Notes under the pieces: generated by a model
Seen by the model: only the letters and a program-made list of their open reading frames with translations
Database searches by the model: none
Told to the model about the DNA's origin: nothing
Program-made: the position numbers and the translations under genes
Shown here: piece after piece, positions 1 to 9,858 of the stretch
Position numbering within the stretch: the first letter of the stretch is position 1
Layout of the letters: each line of letters opens with the position of its first letter
Origin: Ignavibacteriota bacterium
GTDB lineage: Bacteria > Bacteroidota > Ignavibacteria > UBA10030
Assembly (NCBI GenBank): GCA_963727825.1
Contig: CAVSHO010000011.1
Coordinates: 32,001-96,000, forward strand
Reading direction: 5' to 3'
Length of the DNA stretch: 64,000 nucleotides

Positions 1-1686
1 CACGCCGCCTGCGAGCTGGCCGATGGCATCCATCTTCTGCGCCTGAAACAATTGATCCTGCAGACTTCGTCGTTCTGTCTGATCGTTGAAGACGAGCACA
101 ACACCGGTTGTTTCCCCTTTGGAGTTTCGTATCGGTGCACCGCTGTCTGCTATAGGGCGCCGTGTACCATCCCGTGCAACTAACACTGTATGGTTTGCCA
201 GTCCTACAATAATTCCTTTTTTCAGCACAGAGGCGACTGGGTTCACCGCCGGTAAATTTGTCTGTTCATTAAAGATCTTAAATATTTCATCGATATTTTT
301 TCCATTTGCTTCTGTTTCATTCCAGCCGGTCAATATCTCAGCGATATAATTCATTTGCTGAATATTACCATTGGTATCAGTTGTAATAACACCATCACCG
401 ATACTATAAAGAGTAGTCCGGAACCGTTCTTCGCTTTCCCGCAACGCCTCCTCGTTCAGCTTGCGCTCAGTGATATCGCGTGCGACACCTACCATCGCGA
501 TGACCTTACCATTATCGTCTTTCACGGTCGAGGTCCAAAGCTCAATTGGAAACTCAGTGCCGTCTTTCCGACGGTTGAAGAGCTGGCCACTCCACCTTCC
601 CTCAGACGTAGCCGTCTGGATTCGGCTTCCGATTTCCAATGAAGTCTTTTCCGAACGGACGAACGAAATAGGCTGGCCCAACAACTCTTCACGAGTATAT
701 CCGTATGTTTTCTGGAATGCTTCATTCACGAAAATAATCTTATCTTCAAGATCGGTAATCGAAATACATTCATTTGTCGATGCTACTGTTTGTGCAAGCA
801 ATCTAATCTCTTGTTCCGCTTTTCTGTGCACCGTAACATCCCGGAAACTCCAAACTCGGCCGACCGGATTGCCGTCAATTCTTTGCGCTCGCGAATAGCG
901 CTCGAAGATTTTTCCGTCTTTGAATTCAAATACGTCGAAGCTGTTTTCATCCGGATGGGCATAGAGCTCTCTTACTTTCGATATGAAGGTATCAGGATCT
1001 TTCAATTGTTCCAGGATATAGTTCAATACAAGGTCGTCATTTCTGCTTGCAATAATATCGTCTGGTATTTTCCACATCTTTACAAACCGCTTGTTATAGC
1101 TTGCAATCTTTCCTGATATGTCAACGACAAGAATTCCGTCAGCCGTAGATTCCAGCGTTGCCTGCAGAAGCGAGACCGACTCCTTCAACGCCTCTTCAGC
1201 TTGCTTGCGCTCAGTGATATCACGGCTTATGCCTACTAGGCCAATGATCTTCCTTTGTTGATCACGCAATGGCACCTTGGTTGCCAAATGCCAACCCGTT
1301 TTATTCGATGAAAAAACTGTCGGCTCCTCGCGGTTAATCAACGCCTCGCCCGACTTGATCACGCTTTGATCATCAGCCAAATAGCGATTCGCGAACTCCG
1401 GCGGACGAAAATCAAAATCTGTTTTGCCCCTCACCTCTTCCTGCGATTTTGCACCGAGATAACGTATGTGCGCAAAGTTGTTCAGCAGGAATCGGCTTTC
1501 GGTGTCCTTGACATAGATACGATCAGGCAGACTGTTAATCAGCGTTTGCAATAGGTTGTGCTCTACTGCCAGCGCGTCATCCGCTTGTTTTGTCTTGCTT
1601 TCAGCAAGTGGCCCTTTTTTAACTAATCTGCGAAGAGATTTCAATTCACGAATTAAATCTGATTTAGTTCGGTTCTCGTCTTTCAT
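1..1686 (-). CDS. Multi-PAS/PAC sensor histidine kinase, partial (3' part runs off the window start)
   Basis: Not in the ORF track (no stop in window). Manual translation from ATG at 1686: MKDENRTKSDLIREL..., about four PAS/PAC units (RDITERK, RRKDGTEFPIEL, IADSGAPIR), ending QAQKMDAIGQLAGGV at base 1, the run-in to an AHDFNN-type HisKA H-box. Confidence 0.9.
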   Translation of the reverse strand, partial: MKDENRTKSDLIRELKSLRRLVKKGPLAESKTKQADDALAVEHNLLQTLINSLPDRIYVKDTESRFLLNNFAHIRYLGAKSQEEVRGKTDFDFRPPEFANRYLADDQSVIKSGEALINREEPTVFSSNKTGWHLATKVPLRDQQRKIIGLVGISRDITERKQAEEALKESVSLLQATLESTADGILVVDISGKIASYNKRFVKMWKIPDDIIASRNDDLVLNYILEQLKDPDTFISKVRELYAHPDENSFDVFEFKDGKIFERYSRAQRIDGNPVGRVWSFRDVTVHRKAEQEIRLLAQTVASTNECISITDLEDKIIFVNEAFQKTYGYTREELLGQPISFVRSEKTSLEIGSRIQTATSEGRWSGQLFNRRKDGTEFPIELWTSTVKDDNGKVIAMVGVARDITERKLNEEALRESEERFRTTLYSIGDGVITTDTNGNIQQMNYIAEILTGWNETEANGKNIDEIFKIFNEQTNLPAVNPVASVLKKGIIVGLANHTVLVARDGTRRPIADSGAPIRNSKGETTGVVLVFNDQTERRSLQDQLFQAQKMDAIGQLAGGV

Positions 1687-2033
1687 AAAGTTTTTCTTTC
1701 TAACGAACGGATGTCAACTCTTTTCAGAAGCGTATTGAAACGCTTGAAATATAGGACAATCTGGTTAAGTCTAGATTGTGTTATATCTTTTGGATTTCTG
1801 AAGGAGTATTTGTCTCATTTTAATATTTCACTGCCGCTTAAAAGACCACGGCCAAGCTACGGTAACGCGGATAAATGGATCCAATTGAAGAATAAATTTC
1901 TATGAGTTACAGAGATTATATTCGGTGTTTGACCAGCGAATAGAAAAGCCGCTAACCGTAACACCCTCATAAAAATTCCTTTTAAGGACTTGTGTGACTA
2001 TGTAATTTAGGTAACTAAAGTGTTATTCACAAC

Positions 2034-2070
2034 AAAAAACGCCTGACATATTACTAGATGCCAGACGTTT
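2034..2070 (-). terminator. Probable intrinsic terminator between response regulator and kinase
   Basis: Minus strand AAACGTCTGGCAT-loop-ATGTCAGGCGTTT hairpin (with G-U pairs) running into a T tract. Confidence 0.6.
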
Positions 2071-2304
2071 ATGGAAGTTGACTACGCCGGTGGGGAAACG
2101 GCGTTATCAACATACTTATCGCTTATGATTCAGTCGACTTCTCATAAATCACGATGAGATTATCAATCGGTTTTTCTTCAACAATTCCTTTTATGTTCAA
2201 TTTTATGAAATTTCGATTATACATAATTCTGTATCAGAAATCTCATGACTCAAAGGATATCTTAGAATCAGTGAAGAAACTTATATTTCTGCAAATCTGT
2301 ATTT

Positions 2305-2712
2305 TTATAATAATAGTTTACTTGTCTGAAACATTTTAAAAGGGCCATGTCTCACAACACCGAATATATTCTCCAATACGTGTTTCAAGGATGACTTTAT
2401 AAAATATCCATCCGCATTCGCTTCTAATGCCCGAATTCTATACGATGGATTGTCGTATTTTGTTTCGATCATAACTTTAATATCCGGCCAACGCTTCTTG
2501 ATGATACGCGTCGCTTCAATCCCGTTTTTCTTTGGCATCACCACATCCATGAGAATGACATCCGGCGATAACGTTTCAGCCTTTTCTATTGCTTCATTGC
2601 CATCTACTGCCTCGCCTACAATATTAATGTTCGGCAGGCTATTTAAAAAATCGAACACAACACGGCGAAAATCCTGTTGATCATCAACCACAAGCACTTT
2701 AATTTGCTTCAT
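2305..2712 (-). CDS. Single-domain response regulator (NarL-like REC, no DNA-binding domain)
   Basis: VLVVDD, PDVILMD (phospho-Asp), GYFIK motifs; 135 aa. Confidence 0.9.
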   Translation of the reverse strand: MKQIKVLVVDDQQDFRRVVFDFLNSLPNINIVGEAVDGNEAIEKAETLSPDVILMDVVMPKKNGIEATRIIKKRWPDIKVMIETKYDNPSYRIRALEANADGYFIKSSLKHVLENIFGVVRHGPFKMFQTSKLLL

Positions 2713-2771
2713 ACCGCACTTCCAGAATTGGCGAAAATATTCAGTAAAATATGAACTATTATCGAAGAATA

Positions 2772-3072
2772 ATCTGTCGTATTTTCACCAATTGAGTGTC
2801 ACAAAAAAAACCAAAAGTGATATGCAAAAACTAAAATAATGGGCTGTGTTTCAATTTAATGTTACTGGCGAGTGATGTCAGGAGTTTCCTCTTGACATCC
2901 AATAGGATATCTGTCGTATTTTCACCAATTGAATGTCACAAAAACAACCAAAAGTGATATGTAAAGACACAAATAATGGGTTGTGTTTCAATTTAATGTT
3001 ACTGGCGAGTGATGTCAGTCCCGCCCACTTGCTGCAGGCAGGCAAAGCGGGATTCCTGACATCCAACAGGAA
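2772..3072. repeat. Imperfect tandem duplication, ~137 bp unit (2772-2908, 2909-3072)
   Basis: Both copies run ATCTGTCGTATTTTCACCAATTGA...TTTCAATTTAATGTTACTGGCGAGTGATGTCAG...TGACATCCAA; copy 2 has an extra palindromic insert at ~3019-3052. Confidence 0.9.
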
Positions 3073-3275
3073 TTGATTTTCTAGTTTACTAAATAATCCG
3101 TAACATTCTTCTGCAGGCCAAGGAATTGCTGACATAGATGCTAACAGCTCAAGATATCGTTCAAGACATACTTGACATCTCTGCATATTTGGTGTATCAT
3201 TTTACATTAATGCATTTATGAAGAATTCAATGAAACTTTTAATCACTCAGGTTTGAGTTCCCCGCCGCTTGCAAC

Positions 3276-3455
3276 GTCATTCCGGCGTTCCGAAGGAATC
3301 ACATTGTGAAAAGCCGGAATCCATAGAATGGGGGACTGACCAAAAAGAAAGAAAATGTCACCCCGAACTTGTCCCGCTTTACGGGATGCCGTACAGCGGC
3401 ATTTCAGGGTCTAATTTTTTCAAAAAACAGATGCTGAAACGAATTTAGCATGACA
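3276..3455. repeat. REP-like palindromic cluster with nested hairpins
   Basis: GTCATTCCGGC...GCCGGAATCC and GTCACCCCGAACTTG[TCCCGCTTTACGGGAT GCCGTACAGCGGC]ATTTCAGGGTCT...ATGCTGAAACGAATTTAGCATGAC. Confidence 0.65.
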
Positions 3456-3646
3456 ACTCCGGACTTTTTAGACAGCCTCTATGGGGTGGTTAACCTAACT
3501 GGCGCGAAGCACTACGTTGAAAACGGCGTATAATGCGACGGTGCCAAAGGCGCTCACCTCTCCTAAAAGGAAAAGGAATTATTTCGTTGTTTAATCAAAG
3601 ACGCTGAGTTATTACTATTTATTTAAAAAATATTTGAAATGGAATT

Positions 3647-4351
3647 ATGAAACCGACTATATTCAAGAGATATATTCTCATCGTTTGCCTGACCATGTCA
3701 TTTTGGGAAAGCTGCAGCAGTCAAGCATCCACACGTATCCTGTTCATCGGCAACAGTTACACATTCTTCAACGGCGGTCTCGACAAACAATTAAAAGGGC
3801 TGGCTCCTTCTACCGAGACAGTGTGTATTGCTGCAGGTGGATATAATCTTGAAAATCATTGGAATAATGGTGATGCCGTCCGAATAATTCGCGAGGGCAA
3901 ATGGGACTATGTCGTTTTACAAGAACAAAGCCAAATACCGGTCATTAATAAGAAAAAGTTCTATGACTTTGCTCGAAAGTTCGATGAGGAAATCCGAAGT
4001 AGCGGTGCGAAGACCATCCTCCTAATGACGTGGGAACGGCCAGATAGTAGAACGTTTGGAGTCACAACAGACAACTTGGCAAATGCATATACAACTGTTG
4101 GAAATGAATTAGGTGTTAAAGTAGCCCCAGCTGGACTTGCATTCGCACGCTCCATTAGTAATAAGCCAGAACTTATATTGTACAGTCAGGATGGACATCC
4201 GACAGTGGAGGGAACTTACCTGGCAGCGTGTGTGCTCTATCAAACAATATTTGAAAAAAGTCCTGTCGGGAATCCGTATTCGGAGAGTTCTATTCCTGAT
4301 GATATGAGAGCTTATCTACAAGGAATTGCGGCAGAGAATCCTGGATTATGA
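3647..4351 (+). CDS. Secreted SGNH/GDSL-like hydrolase (DUF4886-like)
   Basis: Signal peptide; ILFIGNSYT block I, WDYVVLQEQS, DGHP catalytic motif. Confidence 0.8.
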   Translation: MKPTIFKRYILIVCLTMSFWESCSSQASTRILFIGNSYTFFNGGLDKQLKGLAPSTETVCIAAGGYNLENHWNNGDAVRIIREGKWDYVVLQEQSQIPVINKKKFYDFARKFDEEIRSSGAKTILLMTWERPDSRTFGVTTDNLANAYTTVGNELGVKVAPAGLAFARSISNKPELILYSQDGHPTVEGTYLAACVLYQTIFEKSPVGNPYSESSIPDDMRAYLQGIAAENPGL

Positions 4352-4684
4352 CCGATTTAAATTAGTTCGATAGCTATCCTTATGCTGATAACCTTCAAAA
4401 TATACTAAGCCGTTATACGCCATACACTCTAGCGGTGTCCAAAATTATCAGACATCTTTCTTGGGAACAGGCAGGGAATTCCTGCCCACCTGATTGCACG
4501 TAGTCGGTTGGGGAACCCCCGATATATAGATTTTCAGACCGACCCTGTGTTAAGATTGAAGCTCCTATCTCCTACAATCATATTTTCCCAAAGAATAATA
4601 TGATTCGAAGGTTTCAGATTCAAGTCCGGATTTGATACAAAGTCAGAAGAAGAATCTTAAATATTTGAGTTTTTATTTACAAGT

Positions 4685-5704
4685 TCATCTGTCCAGTGAC
4701 ATCCTCTCCAGCATCATGTACGGATAAACTTTCGGCGGTTTGCTTAATTCATCGAGTCGGGCAACCTCTTCGTTAGTCATCTCCCAATCCACAGTCTTAA
4801 GATTGTCGGTGAGTTGTTCCTTATTTTTCGCACCAATGATTACTGAAGTAACACCGGATTTCCTGAGCAGATAATTCAGCGCTGCCTGCGTAATTGTTGC
4901 GTCATGGCTACGAGCTGTTTTCTCTAACTCATCCACAATGTCGAATCCATGTTCTTCATCGAATTGGAGAAACTGATTAGTCGGATCAGATCTTCTCGCA
5001 CCTTCCGGCCTCGGTTTGCCGCGTCGATACTTTCCAGTTAAAAATCCACCGCCCAGGGGACTCCAGGTTAGAATCCCGAGCTTCTGATCAAGCGAGAGCG
5101 GGATAAGTTCGTTTTCAAGATCGCGGGCGATCAGAGAATACAATGCCTGAAGCGTGACAAATCTCTCAAGGTTTTGTTTTTCTGAGATAGCAAGCGCTTT
5201 CATCAATTGCCATCCCGTAAAATTGGACGCCCCAATGTATCGTACTTTCCCTTCCCTTACCAAATCATCAAGTGTCCTGAGGGTCTCGTCAAGCGGAGTC
5301 CGCGGATCAAAACTGTGAACCTGATACAGGTCTATGTAATCTGTGCCGAGCCTCTTGAGACTTGCGTTGCAAGAATCGATGATATGCTTTCGCGAAAGGC
5401 CGACATCATTAGAACCTGTCCCGGTTCTACCTCTAACTTTCGTTGCAAGAATAATGTCTTTCCGCTTGTTGCCGAGCGCTTTACCAAGAATTTCTTCCGA
5501 CCGTCCTTCAGAATACACGTCCGCGGTGTCAAAAAAGTTTATTCCGCCATCTATTGCTATGGTCACCATTTCGTCGGCTTCTTTCTGTTCTACCTGTCCA
5601 ACATTCTTCCAGAAACCTTTACCGCCGAAAGTCATAGCGCCGAAACAAAGTTCGGAAACTCTGATTCCGGTATTACCAAGAAATCGTGTTTTCATTAATT
5701 CCAT
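4685..5704 (-). CDS. Aldo/keto reductase
   Basis: GINFFDTADVYS, LATK, SLKRLGTDYIDLYQVH, WSPLGGGFL. Confidence 0.95.
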   Translation of the reverse strand: MELMKTRFLGNTGIRVSELCFGAMTFGGKGFWKNVGQVEQKEADEMVTIAIDGGINFFDTADVYSEGRSEEILGKALGNKRKDIILATKVRGRTGTGSNDVGLSRKHIIDSCNASLKRLGTDYIDLYQVHSFDPRTPLDETLRTLDDLVREGKVRYIGASNFTGWQLMKALAISEKQNLERFVTLQALYSLIARDLENELIPLSLDQKLGILTWSPLGGGFLTGKYRRGKPRPEGARRSDPTNQFLQFDEEHGFDIVDELEKTARSHDATITQAALNYLLRKSGVTSVIIGAKNKEQLTDNLKTVDWEMTNEEVARLDELSKPPKVYPYMMLERMSLDR

Positions 5705-5885
5705 CTCCTTTATAATAATGACTCAATTTAGATAACTCTGGGATTATTCACAACCTGTTTGTCTTGAAACAGAAAAATCATCGATGCACTAATAAATGCC
5801 GAGGATTAGGAATAAGCATATTGAAATTATTATCCCGATCCATGATGAATTAAAAGAGGGTAATAATAGATACCCAAAGCACAAT

Positions 5886-8120
5886 CTAAATACCCAATCG
5901 CAATCCAGCATAGACCATCCTGCCGGTCAGCGGTCCCCAGATAAGCGATGCATCAAAGAACGGACCCTGAGGATTTGCACTATCAAGAATAGGATTGGTT
6001 TGACGGAAATTTAAAATATTCTCAAGGCCTAGATACAAATCAATGTTTTTTATAAATGACCGTGTTACCTGAAGATTCATAGTAAGAAAATTTGGTGAAT
6101 AGGCCAGTGCGCGTAAGCTATCCGGATTCAGCAAGGTTTCAGGAATTCGTTTCCTTCCAAACCATTGCATAGTCACATCGAATGATGTTTGCGGATCATC
6201 CGGCTGGCTACGTTCCGTTGCATATGAAATGGTCGCAAGTGCGCGGTTCTGCGCTGTGAGAGGTCGTTCAAGCCATGCGCTATCTAACTTCTGTTTCACA
6301 TCTAAATACCTGTAGGCAATACGTATGTCCAACCTCTCAAGCGGTTGAAAATTCAGCTCTGTCTGAAAACTATTGGAATATGAACCATTGGGCACCGAAT
6401 AAAAAATAACCTGATGAGGATTTGTATCAAAATCTGCAAGTACAACTTGTTCAAATTCCGTTCGATACAAATCGATTATCAGCGATGCTTCACGATAAGC
6501 AAATTGGAAATAATGAGTAAGATTGAAACCATAATTCCACGCTACTTCTTGCTTTAGTCCGTACCCAAATGTTCCGGTTGGAATAATGGAAACCGTCCTA
6601 GAGCTGGCAAACACAGTAGAATTTTCTGCAAAAATATTTGCCGTTCGATAACCTTTCCCTGCAGCTAAACGCAGCACCCAGTCTTCTTGCGGCGTGTAGC
6701 GGATATGCAAGCGTGGTGTTATCATGGTGCCATACGCATTGTGCTCATCGGCACGGATGCCTGCAACAAGCGAAAATTGTTCGCTAGGACTGAACGTATA
6801 TTCAAAGAACACACCAGGCACTCTTTCCACTCGCTGATACTGCATAAGGTCAAATGTTTCATTGAAATCATCGAACAAAAAACTCATTCCGGTTCTGAAT
6901 TTATGCACCGTGCCGGAAAGCGAAGATTGATAGAGAACATTGATATACCCGCTTTGCTCGTCACCGTTATATTCGCGTGAACCAAACTGCGAAGAGTTGC
7001 GGTACCGGCTTAATGACCACTGGATACCAATACTCTGGTCATGATCATCAGAATAAATAAAACCCGTTTTTCCATTCATCCGCAAAAGATCGCTGTTTGT
7101 TTTATATAGATATGAAGTTGGTAATGACTGAATCAGTGTGCCTCCATCCTTCCTATCATTCACATATTGTACAGCAAGTTGTCCGGTGATTCCGTTCAGG
7201 TCATTGAAATTCCAGCGCTGCATTATATTGTAGGTTGTGAATAATGGCGTATCAAGAAAACCATCGCCATTGTCGTCAACAGAATGCTGCTGCGAACTTG
7301 CATGAAACAGCGTCATTGACGAAAGATTATCACTTAATCGTTCCCGCACATTGAAGTTTGCTTCCATTCGCTGGTCCTGATTTCCATAAAGATTTAGAAA
7401 GAATTGCTGCTCATCGTCTTTCTCAGGTTTCCGCAGATCGACATCGATCTGACCAGTGATGGACTCATACCCGTTCGCAACAGAACCAATACCCTTTGAT
7501 ACATTGATTGCTTCTATCCACGTTCCCGGAATAAATGTCAGCCCCACATTGGACGTCAAGCCGCGAATATATGGCATATTTTCTAGGGTGGTTTGCGTGT
7601 AAATTCCTGAAAGTCCAAGCATTTCAATTTGTCTCGTTCCGGTGATTGCGTCAGTGTAAGAAACATCAACGGATGGATTAGTTTGGAAACTTTCGGACAG
7701 ATTACAACATGCCGCTTTGAAGAGTTCTTTCTGAGTCACAACAGTTTTATTCAAAGGATTCGAATACTCAAGATAGGAAGCCTTTCGCTCGCCGACAACG
7801 CTTACTTCGTCAACAGCATGAGCTTCAGGTCTTAGAAATATCCGAATAGAATGTTGAGTTTTTATTGCTATTGTATCCGGATGATATCCAATATAATGGA
7901 CAACGAGCGTTGTAGATTCCTTCACAAACGGAAGCGTGAAGAATCCGATCGAGTCAGTTATCGTGCCGCGTGAAGTACCAAGCCAGTATGCGTTGACACT
8001 AACCAGCGGATGTTCATTTCCCTTTTCATCCTTCTCTCCGACAAAGCCTTTCAGAACATCCTGGGCAAACGCAGAAGACAACAGAAAAACAAGGAAAACA
8101 AAAAACATGAATGCTTTCAT
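5886..8120 (-). CDS. TonB-dependent receptor, Cys-plug (heavy-metal-associated) type
   Basis: Signal peptide, N-terminal carboxypeptidase-like domain, plug with KAACCNLSESF, beta-barrel ending GRMVYAGLRLGI. Confidence 0.9.
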   Translation of the reverse strand: MKAFMFFVFLVFLLSSAFAQDVLKGFVGEKDEKGNEHPLVSVNAYWLGTSRGTITDSIGFFTLPFVKESTTLVVHYIGYHPDTIAIKTQHSIRIFLRPEAHAVDEVSVVGERKASYLEYSNPLNKTVVTQKELFKAACCNLSESFQTNPSVDVSYTDAITGTRQIEMLGLSGIYTQTTLENMPYIRGLTSNVGLTFIPGTWIEAINVSKGIGSVANGYESITGQIDVDLRKPEKDDEQQFFLNLYGNQDQRMEANFNVRERLSDNLSSMTLFHASSQQHSVDDNGDGFLDTPLFTTYNIMQRWNFNDLNGITGQLAVQYVNDRKDGGTLIQSLPTSYLYKTNSDLLRMNGKTGFIYSDDHDQSIGIQWSLSRYRNSSQFGSREYNGDEQSGYINVLYQSSLSGTVHKFRTGMSFLFDDFNETFDLMQYQRVERVPGVFFEYTFSPSEQFSLVAGIRADEHNAYGTMITPRLHIRYTPQEDWVLRLAAGKGYRTANIFAENSTVFASSRTVSIIPTGTFGYGLKQEVAWNYGFNLTHYFQFAYREASLIIDLYRTEFEQVVLADFDTNPHQVIFYSVPNGSYSNSFQTELNFQPLERLDIRIAYRYLDVKQKLDSAWLERPLTAQNRALATISYATERSQPDDPQTSFDVTMQWFGRKRIPETLLNPDSLRALAYSPNFLTMNLQVTRSFIKNIDLYLGLENILNFRQTNPILDSANPQGPFFDASLIWGPLTGRMVYAGLRLGI

Positions 8121-8161
8121 TTCTCGCCTCTTATCAATTCGTATGTATGTTGAATGATGAG

Positions 8162-8521
8162 TTAGCGAGACTTCTGGCTGTCGCGATAAAGGCAGCAGGA
8201 AGGCAATTTGTTGTAAACAGAATCGGCCGCTAAATATTTCTCTGTATCGTGTCCCACTGCAGCGATCCGTTGCTGTAATGAATCAAGTGTGATCGCAGGT
8301 GAAAGATAGGCAACTGAAAGCATTTTGGTCTGTTTGTCCCATTTGGCAGATTTCACTTCTTTGATCTTCAAAGCCTTTTCGATGCGGCTTTTACAAGAAG
8401 AACAATTACCAAAAACTTTAAACTCAGATTCTTTCACAGTGTTTTCCTGTGCACCAAGGAACGATGAAAGAGAAACTATAAGCACGAATAAAACTATAAG
8501 ATATTTCATGGCTTTCCTCAA
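8162..8521 (-). CDS. Periplasmic heavy-metal-associated (HMA/MerP-like) protein
   Basis: Signal peptide, GNCSSCK metal-binding motif, C-terminal LPSCCLY. Confidence 0.85.
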   Translation of the reverse strand: MRKAMKYLIVLFVLIVSLSSFLGAQENTVKESEFKVFGNCSSCKSRIEKALKIKEVKSAKWDKQTKMLSVAYLSPAITLDSLQQRIAAVGHDTEKYLAADSVYNKLPSCCLYRDSQKSR

Positions 8522-8602
8522 TAATTAATATAATGTGTATAGATACGTCGATTTTGCGGATTGAATATAGCTTTTCCGCATCAGAGCATTAGAATACACT
8601 TC

Positions 8603-8986
8603 TTAAATGAGGAGCGAGCAATGAAGAATATATGATGGCGGCGAATCTGGCGGCGAATTTGTCGGAAGAACTATGTGTACTGAAATTGAAGAAAACAATT
8701 CCTCAATTGATTTGTCTGCCCAAAGGTTCACATCTGTTTGTGGAGATGATTGTTGATCTGCATGGACAGCAATTTGTTCATCGTTCAATTGTAATGATTT
8801 TATCTCTGTTTTGCAGCAGCTATTAGAGGTAGTAGCGTCATCACAGCCGCAGGGATTTTCTTTGGGAACAATGGGCAGAACTTGTACGGAAACAATCTTT
8901 CCGCCGCAGAAATGCGTTGCCACAGTCATTCCAACCGTGAGAACAAAATATATAAAGAGAAATAATGTAGTTGTTGTCTTTTTCAC
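8603..8986 (-). CDS. HYC_CC_PP family protein
   Basis: HFCGG, CCK and C-terminal SPP...ILHCSLLI motifs; sits upstream of HMA and TBDR genes. Confidence 0.8.
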   Translation of the reverse strand: MKKTTTTLFLFIYFVLTVGMTVATHFCGGKIVSVQVLPIVPKENPCGCDDATTSNSCCKTEIKSLQLNDEQIAVHADQQSSPQTDVNLWADKSIEELFSSISVHIVLPTNSPPDSPPSYILHCSLLI

Positions 8987-9126
8987 AGTTTAAAATACTA
9001 ATATTTGAACGTAGTACCTAATGAATTCATTTCTAAATCCTGGATCTTCCATGATATTTATCGGAATTCAAACTATTAACTATTTATATATCGATAATTT
9101 CCAGGTCTCTTCTATTTCTTGTATGT

Positions 9127-9816
9127 TTAGTATTCCGTTAAAATACGATTTGCATTTCCGGAATAATTTTCATCATTCGGAGCTGCAATAAGATCAAAAT
9201 TTACGCTAAGCTTTTCGTGCGCATTGATCAGGCCAAAGAAAGCAGATGGCGGAGTAATATTGAAATCAATCATTGAAAGATTTATACTTCCAATAATTTC
9301 AAATTTTCTTTCATGAAGGCTTTTAATGTTGACATCGATCGTATCCTGTCGTGAAACTCCGGCAACCGATAGATTTCCAATGGTGCGTAAACCAAAAAGG
9401 CCGTTGAATCCTGTCGAGTCATACAAAACTATGGTTTTAATTAATTTGTATTGAATGACAGAATCCCTATTTGCTTTTAATGCGGTATACATATCCTCAT
9501 TCATAGCTGGATTCCCGCAGTCGAAAAATTTCACCAGGACATCTATTTGCGCATGTTTATTGGAATTATTGGCTATAGAATTAGAATTATTCTTATCTAA
9601 ATTATTAGTATTGATATCTCCAATTCCATATACAGCAACGGTTCTGCATTCATAAGAACCAATAGTAGCGCTGCCATCTATCCACAAGCGGCTTCCGGTT
9701 TCGAGATGATAGGCTATAGAATTATTATTCCGATCCCATGAAATAGAAGCAAATGAGATCAGAAGCGATAATGCAATAATATTTATTCGTTTTAATTTCA
9801 TATAACTTACCATCAA
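9127..9816 (-). CDS. YceI-like lipid/polyisoprenoid-binding protein
   Basis: SRLWIDGSAT, MNEDMYTALK, GNLSVAGV, MIDFNITPP. Confidence 0.8.
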   Translation of the reverse strand: MMVSYMKLKRINIIALSLLISFASISWDRNNNSIAYHLETGSRLWIDGSATIGSYECRTVAVYGIGDINTNNLDKNNSNSIANNSNKHAQIDVLVKFFDCGNPAMNEDMYTALKANRDSVIQYKLIKTIVLYDSTGFNGLFGLRTIGNLSVAGVSRQDTIDVNIKSLHERKFEIIGSINLSMIDFNITPPSAFFGLINAHEKLSVNFDLIAAPNDENYSGNANRILTEY

Positions 9817-9858
9817 ATTGCTGAAGAATCGATATTACACTGATTTTTAGGTTTCTTT

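Noticed and set aside
86-1738. Several plus-strand ORFs of 60-145 aa
   Set aside because: Antisense shadows of the minus-strand PAS kinase
2878-3186. 102-aa minus-strand ORF
   Set aside because: Spans the non-coding duplication and palindromes; no recognisable motif
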